This document shows, one piece after another, positions 53,083-64,000 of a stretch of DNA of 64,000 nt. A model generated the notes under the pieces. The model had not been told where the DNA came from. It saw only the letters and a program-made list of their open reading frames with translations, and ran no database searches. Within the stretch, counting starts at the first letter, position 1; each line of letters starts with the position of its first letter. Source of the DNA: Vicugna vicugna (taxonomy: Eukaryota); assembly GCA_013265495.1 (NCBI GenBank), contig MU058241.1, forward strand, positions 745,249 through 809,248, in the 5' to 3' direction. The position numbers and the translations under genes were made by a program.

Positions 53083-55854
53083 AACAGTCCTACGTGTTTT
53101 AAAATTTAAAACCGCATAACACAGAACTTTCTGTAAGCAATGGAGACACATCCGCAGCAGTTCTTAGCAGCTCTACGTGCTGACGTGTGATTTTTTTAAA
53201 CCAGTGCTATAATGTTGGACTATGGGAAGTTTGTGACATCTCTGCAAAATAACACTGAAAAGAATTTTTTGTGTATTTGTCTCGTGTGATTGTGGTAAAA
53301 TTTCTGAGAATTGTAACGGAAGTGTTCATGCCAGGTACGCAAATTCACAATAGGTATTCTCCCTACGTCCTCCACAAAGGCCTTGTCATTTTGCATCGCC
53401 ACTAACAGTGTGTAGAAACATGCTCCTCTTTCCACTACTGCATGTTAGCTTTCTTGGCTGTTTTTTTCAAACTGATAGATTAAAATGTTATCTTCTCTGT
53501 TAATGTCTTTTTAATTCTTTTTTTTTTCAGTTGAAGCATTTCTTCAGTGAGCATTTCATATGCAATTTATAATTCTGAAACGGTCTATTACATTTCTGGC
53601 TTTTTTTCCCCGCTGGGCTTGCCTTTTTCCTACGAATCTGTAAAATCTTCTGTATAATTACATGGATCAGAATAAAATTCAGAATGTACCTTGCATGTCC
53701 CTTATGGTCATGTCACTGTAAAGGGCAGGGAACGTGTTGAATTTTAAAATATTTATACTCTACCTGGAATATAATCATTTGAATTTAGAGAATGATTGGA
53801 AAAAATTTAAAGACTTATCAAAATATAGTTCTCAGAATCTCAGATGGAGACACAGAGTTATAGTGAGAAGGAAGGTCTGCTTAGTGTCCTAACTAATGGA
53901 TAATCATCAATTCACAGCATTAAAGAAATCCAGTAATACACATCTGTCACCTGATGAGAAAGCAGCAGCCAAACTATTCTCAGATAAACAAAACTACTAG
54001 TTAACCACCGTTTCCCACCCTTCTAAACTAACACTGGCAGCATTATCAGAAATACATATTGTTGGGGGTAGATTTTTAAAAATAAGTCTCATCAAAAGAT
54101 ATGGAAGCAATGAAATGAATACTTGAATCTCAAATGCATGAGTACATTAGCGATTGCTCACTGCTGCATGACACAGTTTGCAAAATGCTTTACTATTTGT
54201 CTTCAACTTGCACGAATCTAAAAAAAAAAAAAAAAGACTTGCTGTCACCCTGTAATATGAATCAAGAAGAAGTATTTTCTACGCGAAGAAATTTTTTTAA
54301 TGTCATCTGGCATTTCTGCGGTCCCTCCCGTAGTTCCTCTGCTACTGGGAAGCAACATGGAAAAACAAGAAAATGTGTGTTTCTGTGATTACAGAAGTCA
54401 CTGCTCATAACTCTGCCTCTTGCTTTCCTTGCAAAGCAGAGCTTCACAGTCCCGGCTGTCTGTCTGGACACAGCACAGAGGCGTGGAGCCACCCACAGAA
54501 GTCTGAGGCCTACAACAGCATCCAATACAGTTTCAGGGCCTGGTTGATTGATCCAAGCTGAACTGAGTTAACTAGGAAAAACAATCCAAAAGCCTTTCCA
54601 TTTTTCCAATTTATTTTAACAACAGAAAACTCCAAGCCAATCAATTCAGAGGGGTGATTTGTTGTGCCAGAAAGCTTGTCCACTCCAAGCTTTCTCATAT
54701 ACCATCCTTCAGGAAAACAATAAAACAAGTCAACGTGGAGTTACTGGCACTGACTTTCAATCATTCAGCTTGTTCTGAATGTGCTGCATAATTTCCCTGA
54801 CTAAACACTTTGGGTGGAATCCATCATTTCTTCAAAAAACTCTCAACCGCTACCAATCACGAAGCAGATTAAATGTGCGATTGAGTTGCAAACCATGAAA
54901 CCTACATCCTTACCCACCTCCCACGTGTCCACCATTTCCGATGCAGCGTTACAACTTGCAGGCGACGCTTTGCTCCTTCCGACCGTGCACCGGACGCTCA
55001 ATGGGATAGAAGTGACTAGGGCTGAGTGAATTGTTTGCCTTCTGACCAGGTCATTTACTGACGTCTGTTTCCCACCTATCCTAGAGAGGAGCTGTTCCTG
55101 TCGTGCTGGAAACACGTGGAAATATGCGGTGGGAACTCTTTTAATTGTAAGGAATGGAAACTCCATCAGTCCAGCTCACACACACACACACACGCTCACA
55201 CAAAGGTATTTAAATGTGTTAAGAAGCTTCATGGGAATCCAGGAAAAACGGAACCTCCAGTGCTTAGGAAACTCAGACACCTAATGAAATGTGCACTCAC
55301 CATCTGTCTCCACCATTCACACCTCAAGCTTTTGGAGAGACCTGCTCGATTTCTTCCAGATTGGAAAGTTTGCAAAGTCAACCTGACCCTGGCCCCAGGA
55401 AGACCCTACGAGTCTTACCATGGCCCAATCTTCAAGTTACAGGCCAAGTCTTAGAGATTTGTTTCCAAAATGGTAGAAAAATTATGACAATTCTCAAAGA
55501 CTTGCCCCACACCACGCCATTATGTTTTTATGGCAATAATATGAATATAAAGCAGCATTTATTCAGGGGAAAACAGATTTCAACCTCTTTATCCCATAAA
55601 GCACTTAATTTGGGCTCACTGGGTATAAACTACTCCTCTTTTTGACTTGAACAGAAAAGAAGGATTTGTTGGCGGCCACTTATTATTTTATTCTCCAGGT
55701 ATGCAGCACAGTCACCTCAACATATAGGGAGAAACAGAGTTGCAAGATGCTAGCAAACTGAGGTTGACTCTGTCTACGAAGGAGGCATCTCTTATATTTC
55801 AACTAGAGAGCCTGTGTTTCTTGCTCTCTGTCCTCAAGTTAAAACATTTACCCT

Positions 55855-56107
55855 ATATCCGACCACCTGTTGATGGATATTTAGGTTGCTTCCATGTCTT
55901 CCTATTGGAAACAGTTTTGCTATGAACACTGGGGCACATGTATCTTTTCAAATTCGAGTTTCCTCCAGATAATGCCCAGGTATGGGATTGCTGGATCATA
56001 GGTTAACTCTATTTTTAGTTTTTTAAGGAATCTACATACAGTTTTCCATAATGGCTGCACCAAATTACATTCTCAACAACAGTGTAGGAGTTCCCTTTTC
56101 TCCACAC

Positions 56108-56146
<39 letters not shown>

Positions 56147-56605
56147 GAACACTACTCAGACATAAAAAATAATAAAATGCCATTTGCAGTGACATGGATG
56201 GACCTAGAGATTGTCATACTAAGTGAAGTAAGTAAGACAGAGAAAGAAAAATATCGTATGATATCACGTATATGTGGAATCTAAAAAATGACTCAAATGA
56301 ACTTATTTACAAAACGGAAACACACTCACAGACATAGAAAACAAACTTATGGTTACCAGGGGGTAGAGGGATAAATTGGGAGTTCAGGATTAGTACTATT
56401 AACTAGTATCTGTAAGACAGATGAACAACAAGCTCCTATGGTACGGCACAGGGAACATATTATTGAATAATATCCTGTAATAGCCTATAATGAAAAAGAA
56501 TATGAAAAGGAAGATATATGTGTGTATATGTGTATAACAGAATCACTATGCTGCACACCAGAAATTAACACAACACTGTAAACTGACTCAACATCAATTA
56601 AAATA
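55855..56605 (+). mobile_element. 5'-inverted L1 with (CA)n at the inversion junction
   Basis: 55855-56107 is antisense ORF2 C-terminal sequence. 56108-56605 is sense ([30 protein letters not shown]...ICGI) plus 3'UTR. No clear TSD. Confidence 0.85.
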
Positions 56606-57335
56606 TAATGAGTAAATAAAGTTGCTTTCCATTTTTGGGGAAAAAAAACACTTATTCTAAGTATGAGCTGCCTATTTTGCTCACACAAATCTTGCCTGCC
56701 CAGTGATATTTCTGGAACAGATTATTTTCTCATGATTTAGCTACTTTGGCTTGAATGGTGCATATTATTACTTATTTTCCTTGTTCTCAAAGTAATGGAT
56801 TTGTATATAGAGATAAGTTTGAAAATTTTTAAACTAAACACTCCGTCAAGAGTTCCTCATGATTCTGCCCCTCAGAGAGAGCCACAGAGCATACTGGCTG
56901 GGTATGTCTGCCAACACTGGATCTCACTACACGTGTACCTAACAAGACACTATGGACACCTTTTCACAGCAACTTTCACTTTCACAGTGTCACCCTGCAG
57001 GCTGGATGCTATCCACCAGCTAAATGTCAGACAAGTCATTTAATAATTCTCGGCTATGTACAATAGATGTTCACTTCTTGCTATATAAAAATAAATAATC
57101 GAACTTGTGTATCTGTACATTTATTCCTAGTTTCCAGATCTTTGTGCACTTTTCCAAATATTTTCACTAATTATCTCATCAGAAGTATATCACACTAGCA
57201 AGAAGTATATACACTTTAAAAATGAACATACAGTGATTATACATAAATTTGAATATATTCGTAAATTTCTAATACCATCAAATTGTACAGTGGTGTCCAT
57301 TTTTTAGCTCTTAAAACAGGATAGGATTCACATAC

Positions 57336-57624
57336 ACGGAAAACAAACTTATGGTTACCAGTGGGGAAGGTGATGGGAAGAGACAAATTGGGAGTTCGAG
57401 ATTTGCAGATAGTAACTACTATATATACAATCAGATAAACAACAAGTTTCTACTGTATAGCACAGGGAACTAGATTCAGTATCTTGTAGTAACCAATAAT
57501 GAGAAAGAATATGAAAACAAATATATATGTATATGCATGACTGAAGCATTATGCTGCACACCAGAAACTGATACAACATTGTAAACTGACTATGCTTCAA
57601 TTAAAAAAAAATATATACAAAAAA
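57336..57624 (+). mobile_element. L1 3'UTR fragment whose A-tail was the target of the young L1
   Basis: gaaaacaaacttatggttacc...ctgactatgcttcaattaaaaaaaa. Confidence 0.9.
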
Positions 57625-57632
57625 ATGATGTT

Positions 57633-59802
57633 TTAGCAAATAGAATCCAACAACACATAAAAAAGATTATACATCATGATTATACATCAAGTGGGGTTCA
57701 TCCCAGGGACACAAGGCTGGTTCAACATATGCAAATCAATCAATGTAATACATCACATCAACAAGAGAAAGGACAAAAACCACATGATCATCTCAATCGA
57801 TGCAGAAAAAGCATTTGATAAAATTCAACATCCATTTATGATAAAAACTCTCGCCAAAGTGGGTATAGAGGGAACATATCTCAACATAATAAAAGCTATA
57901 TATGACAAACCTACAGCCAGCATAGTACTCAACGGTGAAAAACTCAAAAGCTTCCCACTAAAATCTGGGACAAGACAAGGATGCCCACTATCACCCCTCC
58001 TATTCAACATAGTCCTGGAAGTCCTAGCCACAGCAGTCAGGCAAGAGAAAGAAATAAAAGGGATCCAAAGTGGAAAAGAAGAGGTAAAAGTGTAGTGTCA
58101 TTATGATGACATGTTACTATATATAGAAAACCCTAAAAGGTCCACACAAAAGCTACTAGAGCTGATTGAAGAATTCAGCAAGGTAGCAGGTTACAAAATT
58201 AACGTTCAAAAATAAAATCCATTTCTTTACACTAACGATAAATCAACAGAAAAAGAAAGTAAAGAAACAATCCCCTTTAAAATAGCACCCAAAGTAATAA
58301 AATATCTGGGAATAAATCTAACCAAGGAGGTGAAAGAATTATACACAGAAAACTATAAACCATTGATGAAGGAAATTAAAGAAGACTTTAAAAAATGGAA
58401 AGATATTCCATGCTCTTGGATTGGAAGAATCAATATTGTTAAAATGGTCACACTGCCCAAGGCAATCTACAGATTTAATGCAATCCCTATCCAATTACCC
58501 AGGACATATTTCACAGAACTAGAACAAATCATAATAAAATTTATATGGAACCATCAAAGACCTAGAATTGCTAAAGCATTACTGAAGAGAAAGAAAGAGG
58601 CTGGAGGAATAACTCTCCCAGACTTCAGACAATACTATAGAGCTACAGTCATCAAGACAGCATGGTATTGGTACCAAAACAGACATATAGACCAATGGAA
58701 CAGAATAGAGAGCCCAGAAATGAACCCACAAACTTTTGGTCAACTCATCTTCGACAAAGGAGGCAAGAATATACAATGGAATAAAGACAGTCTCTTCAGC
58801 AAATGGTGTTGGGAAAACTGGACAGCAGCATGTAAAACAATGAAGCTAGAACACACCCTTACACCATATACAAAAATCAACTCAAAATGGATTAAAGACT
58901 TAAACATAAGACAAGATACAATAAACCTCCTAGAGGAAAACATAGGCAAAACATTATCTGACATACATTTCAAAAATTTTCTCCTAGAAGAAATAAAAGC
59001 AAGAATAAACAAATGGGACCTAATGAAACTTACAAGCTTCTGCAGAGCAAAGGAAACCAGAAATAAAACAAGAAGAAAACCTACGGAATGGGAGAAAATT
59101 TTTGCAAGTGAAACCGACAAAGGCTTGATCTCCAAAATATATAAGCAGCTCATACGACTCAATAAGAAAAAAATAAACAACCCAATCCAAAAATGGGCAG
59201 AAGACCTAAACAAGCAATTCTCCAAGGAAGACATACAAATGATCAAAAAGCACATGAAAAAATGTTCAATATCACTAATTATCAGAGAAATGCAAATCAA
59301 AACTACAATGAGGTATCACCTCACACCAGTCAGAATGGCCGTCATTCAAAAATCCAAAAATGACAAATGCTGGAGAGGCTGTGGAGAAAGGGGAACCCTC
59401 CTACACTGCTGGTGGGAATGCAGTTTGGTGCAGCCACTATGGAAAACAGTGTGGAGATTCCTCAAAAGACTAGGAATAGAATTACCATATGACCCAGCAA
59501 TCCCACTCCTGGGCTTGTATCCAGAAGGAAATCTACTTCAGGATGACACCTGCACCCCAATGTTCATAGCAGCACTATTTACAATAGCCAAAACATGGAA
59601 ACAGCCTAAATGTCCATCAACAGGTGACTGGATAAAGAAGAGGTGGTATATTTATACAATGGAATACTACTCAGCCATAAAAACTGACAACATAACGCCA
59701 TTTGCAGCAACATGGATGCTCCTAGAGAATGTCATTCTAAGTGAAGTAAGCCAGAAAGAGAAAGAAAAATACCATATGAGATCGCTCATATGTGGAATCT
59801 AA
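57633..59802 (+). pseudogene. L1 ORF2p fragment (RT and C-terminal domain), disabled
   Basis: Motifs [24 protein letters not shown] and [18 protein letters not shown]. 490 open codons at 58330-59802. Frameshift near 57680, stops at 58093 and 58213; the [F/Y]ADD motif reads HYDD. Confidence 0.95.
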
Positions 59803-60141
59803 ACAAACAAAAACAAACAAACAAAAACAAAGCGTAAATACAGGACAGAAATAGACTCATAGACAGAGAATAGAGACTTGTGGTTGCTGGTTGCCAGGGG
59901 GGCGGAGGGTGGGAAGGGATAGACTGGGATTTCAAAATTGTAGAATAGATGAACAAGATTACACTGTATAGCACAGGGAAATATACACAAAATGTTATGA
60001 TAACTCACAGAGAAAAAAATGTGACAATGAGTGTGTATATGTCCATGAATGACTGAAAAATTGTGCTGAACACTGGCATTTGACACAACATTGTAAAATG
60101 ATTATAAATCAATAAAAAATGTTAAAAAAAACAAAAAAAAC
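57633..60141 (+). mobile_element. Young 5'-truncated LINE-1, about 2.5 kb
   Basis: Begins mid-RT ([16 protein letters not shown]) and runs through the ORF2 end, 3'UTR and A-tail; TSD core atgatgtt at 57625-57632 and 60142-60149. Confidence 0.97.
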
Positions 60142-60199
60142 ATGATGTTACTACATTGTTAAATCTTTGCCAAAATAATTGAAAAAAAAGTAAAATCTT

Positions 60200-61520
60200 G
60201 CAAAATTATTTTTCGGCAGGTGGGACAGCAGAGAGGTTTGTTTTTTTTATGTGTTTATTGGATATTTTTTTCTCTTACTCTGGAAATTGCCTGTTCATGT
60301 CTTCATTCATTTTTGTTTTGTTGACTGTGAAGCTATTTTGAGGGGTCAATAATGGACGTCAATTTTTGCTTACGGATGTATGGCCATTTGTTTTCAGGGA
60401 ATTGTGTCCTCTGCATTTTTAGACAGTATATTTTGCATATAGAATAAATATCAAGGTTTTCCTTCACACAATCATTTCTAATCACCATACATGAGAATAT
60501 TTTCTTCAATAGAACATTACAAAAGTCACCCATGGGTATTTTTTTCTTGTGGTGTTATAGTTTGTTTACTACATGTGATTAAAAAAACCTATATAACGCC
60601 TTTTGTTGTGTGGAGTGAGAGACATCCAGTTTCCATCAGAGCAATCCATTTTTTCATGACAGATCTGGAATGCCGGCTTTATGAGCTACTGCTTCCAGCT
60701 GTCTGTTACCATCTCCTTGCTTTTCTCATGTGTCTGTTTCCAGGATGTGTTCATTATTGCTTTAATTTTATAGGTCCGTATGTTCCAATGCCCCATAATT
60801 TCTCTCTTCAGTATTTTTCTGGCTTTTCTTTCACTCCAGATGAAACTTTAAAGTCAACAAAGGGGATCTGGCTGCGGTTGATTTGAATTTTTAGAAATTA
60901 ATTCAGGGAGTATCAACATTTCCACAATATTGTGCCGTCTCGGTGACAATTTATGCCTCCGAGTTCTGAAGCACTTTAATTTTCGTATCTTTATGGCTTC
61001 CTTCATATTTCTCATTCATAGTACTTGCTACGTTTACTCCTGGGAATGTAATTATTTTGTTTGCAAGTATGAATGTCCTATTTCTTACATACTTTTTTCC
61101 TGAGTGTTATTTGGGTATAGAAACTTTTTTATACAAGTATCTTTCATAAGTGAATTATTTGAATCCTTTCAAAGTTTCCCGTAAGGTTTTAGTGGCTAGC
61201 ACTTTCGTGAGTTGTTTAAACATTCTGGGGATGACAGAACACTTCTCTTTGTTCTGACTGTGCCTACGAAGGCTTCTGTTGTCTCTGTGCCTAGCTGAGG
61301 CTGGGATGAGTGTTGTCAAATCTCAGATTAAGAAAGCAGTAAGCACTTCTGATTTCACCAAGGAATTCTGTTAAAAAGACTATCTTTTCAGACAGTCTGC
61401 TTTTGTGCACTAGTGAGAGAATCTCATTGCTTTGTTACTGTGACCATCCCCATCAACATGTTTACTAAGGTGAACACGACCCAACCTTTAGACTTCTGGG
61501 ATATAACGCTGCATGAAGTG
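60200..61520 (-). mobile_element. Ancient L1ME-type ORF2 relic, antisense
   Basis: T-rich degenerate sequence, e.g. aattaattcagggagtatcaacatttccacaatattg (reverse of the NIVK-MxILPKLI region). Confidence 0.55.
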
Positions 61521-62209
61521 CTCTTTAAGTACAGGTAAGTTTACTCCTGTATTCATTCGTTCATTCATTCATTCAATCTGTATTTGCTCCAAACCAACCT
61601 ATGTATCGCAAGGTTAACAATGTCACAACATAATGTAACATAACACAATGCAATTCCAGAGCGTGCAAAGATGAAACAAACAACACAATGGCACACGGAC
61701 TGACTTAGGAGTTGGGGTGTGTGTGAAATACGTTAGATGTGGCACCCAAGGCCTCATCTCTGAAAAGCTGACACTTCCGGTAGCTGAATGTTGAGAAGGA
61801 TCCAACTTGGAGCTAACATGAGCACTTCGAGCTGGGAACGGGTTTGGCCTCTTCAATGAACATTTTAAAAGAATGACAGTTTGGCAGTGGCTTAATGACT
61901 GATACTGAATTTACCATAAAACTAATGAGTCTTTGGAAGGCTCCTTCTATTCTAAGACCCTGCAGTGAACTTCAGATTTTGTCGTTTTATATTCTTTTAA
62001 AAAATAGCTATTTAAGCTTCGCATCTCAGAGTACCTGTACCTGTATCTGCTAATAATAGAAGGACAGTGACAGGAGATGAGATCTGATCAGCTTTGGGCC
62101 AGGTTATGTGAAGGAATATAGACCTTCCTTTAGGGATAATGCAAGATTTAGAAACAAGAGAGCAGCTTGACCTACTATGTGTATGTATGCATATATGTAA
62201 CATATATTA

Positions 62210-62560
62210 GACTTGACTTTAAATTATTTAGGTATTTAGATAGCAGTTTTAGACTCACAGCAACATTGACAGGAAGGGACGGGGGGTTCCCATATACCCT
62301 TGTCCCCACCATGCACATACCCTCACTCCCGTATCAACATCCCCCACCAGATGGTACTTTTGTGACAGGTGAAGACCCTGTGCTGACACATCATGATCAC
62401 CCACAGACCACACTTAACATCAGAGCTCACGCTTCGTGCTGAACAGCCTGTGGGTTTGGACAAAGGTATCATGCCATGTATCCAGCATTAGAGTGTCATC
62501 CAGAATCACTGCACGGCCCTAAAACTCTTCTGTGCTCCACCTGTTCATCCGTCTCTACCC
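62210..62560 (-). mobile_element. L1MC/L1MD-type 3' end, antisense
   Basis: tagcagttttagactcacagcaacattg...ttcccatataccc...tgggtttggacaaa...gccctaaaactcttctgtgctccacc. Confidence 0.8.
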
Positions 62561-64000
62561 CCTCAGTTTATATTTTCAAAACGTCACTCTGGCTCTTGGC
62601 CAGGTAATTTATCGTACAAAGGGAACACTGGGAAAAGGGAAACAAGTTTCTATGAGCCAAGATTTTATTTGGAACTTTGCATTAATATTTAAAACACAAC
62701 ACTAATCTCACTTTGGTCGCATTTGGCACTTGCAGTATCTTTTAAAGGGCCTTTTCTACACAACAAGTCTGCATCTATGTGAAATCTTTGGTATTACAGT
62801 ATCCAGGAGAATATTTTCAATCTCCTTTCTATTGTTTAGCTGTCAGCAGTCCAAAATTATCTAGATAACGGTCACTACTCCAGGGACTTGTCAGCTGGTG
62901 GGAGAATCAAGCTACAGGTAGGCGTGGTCACCAAGACAGCAGATGGTTTTCCAGAGCTGGTGTTTATGGCTGTGAGGTAGAGTTAGGCTGGGCCGCACAG
63001 TGCCCTCCCTTTTCTGGGTGAGGCTATTTTGTTCTCGTGACACCCGTGTATGCCTCCTGTAGCCCAGTAACGTGGCTGTATGCATACACAGAGCCAACCC
63101 TCCTCCCTTCTGGTGTTACTGTTCTATAAAGCACCACACTCACTGAATTAGGGTACACTGGTCCATTGCCCCTGGAGGAAACACAGGGTCAGGTGCCTGC
63201 AAGCTCCGGGCCCGACACTGAATCCCTGGATCACTGCGTAACCTCGTTTCACACATTTCCACAGGAAGATCCGTACTGGAGCGATAACTGCTGACACACT
63301 AACACTGAGCGCACGCCCACCAGCCCTCTAGCTCATCCCTGAACGAAGCTTATCTGACTCGTGCTTTCTCCATAAGACACGCCGCCGTCTTCCCGCAAGG
63401 AGGAACACCGCCCTGGGACTTCAGACCACGCCCACAGTCATTTTAAGCAGCGAAATCGTCAACCGAAATCACAAAAATGTGAGCAACTTTTTAGACCAGT
63501 TAAGGACACCTGTTGGGAGTAGGCGAGCTGAGAAAGTCAGGCAGAGCTCTGACTTCAGGGGGACCACGGGAGCTGCTCCACTAAGAATTTTCACCATGTG
63601 CTTGTCCACGGATGATCACAGGTACATGGCGAGTGTTGGTCTGGGGGCTGAAAATACACGTAAGCAAGTGAGGTAACCTGCAAATACTGACTCTACAAAC
63701 AGTGACGCTTCACAGTGTGTCTCCCCTGCAACAGACTGTGAGCTCTCTGAGGGCAGGGCACAGACATGACCATCCTTGCTCCAGTGAAAACAGCAACATG
63801 TCTAATCTTGGCTAATCCACACCACTATTTTCAAACTTTCAAAAATTATAGCATTCTTTAAAAAACAGAACAAAACAAAACCAAAACTCCAGTAAAACAA
63901 ACTTGAGAAAAGTGGGCTTCCTTTGCTTGATTTCTGTCTGTCTCCTTGCCCTCTGGGGAGGGTAACATGAATTGTACAAGCCATTATGACATGGAAGCAC

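Noticed and set aside
58330..59802. 490-aa ORF as a host gene or functional retroelement protein
   Set aside because: It is the C-terminal part of L1 ORF2p in a 5'-truncated copy with no promoter, ORF1 or endonuclease, and the catalytic motif upstream is disrupted.
63200..63490. Possible CpG-island promoter
   Set aside because: Only modest CpG enrichment over a few hundred bases, similar to other patches in the window; no supporting first exon identified.

Overview
Mammalian genomic DNA, most likely a camelid, because it carries four copies of a tRNA-derived SINE resembling the camelid Vic-1 family plus artiodactyl-type L1 3' ends. The window is intronic or intergenic and dominated by transposable elements. 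These include a young 2.5-kb 5'-truncated L1 (57633-60141) with a disabled ORF2, many L1 3' fragments with target-site duplications (TSDs), two 5'-inverted L1s, old L1M relics, MaLR/ERVL LTRs, hAT MER elements and MIR/L2 fragments. I could not recognise any host protein-coding gene. Several minus-strand AG...GT segments are reported only as unverified exon candidates. Nearly all ORFs in the supplied track are L1 fragments or chance ORFs. I found no convincing novel biological system. The best second-look items are unusual frame-preserving lesions in the young L1, two inverted L1s with a shared breakpoint, local AT-to-GC shifts in repeats, and a possible unidentified minus-strand transcript. 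TE family names come from recalled consensus sequences, not from a database search.
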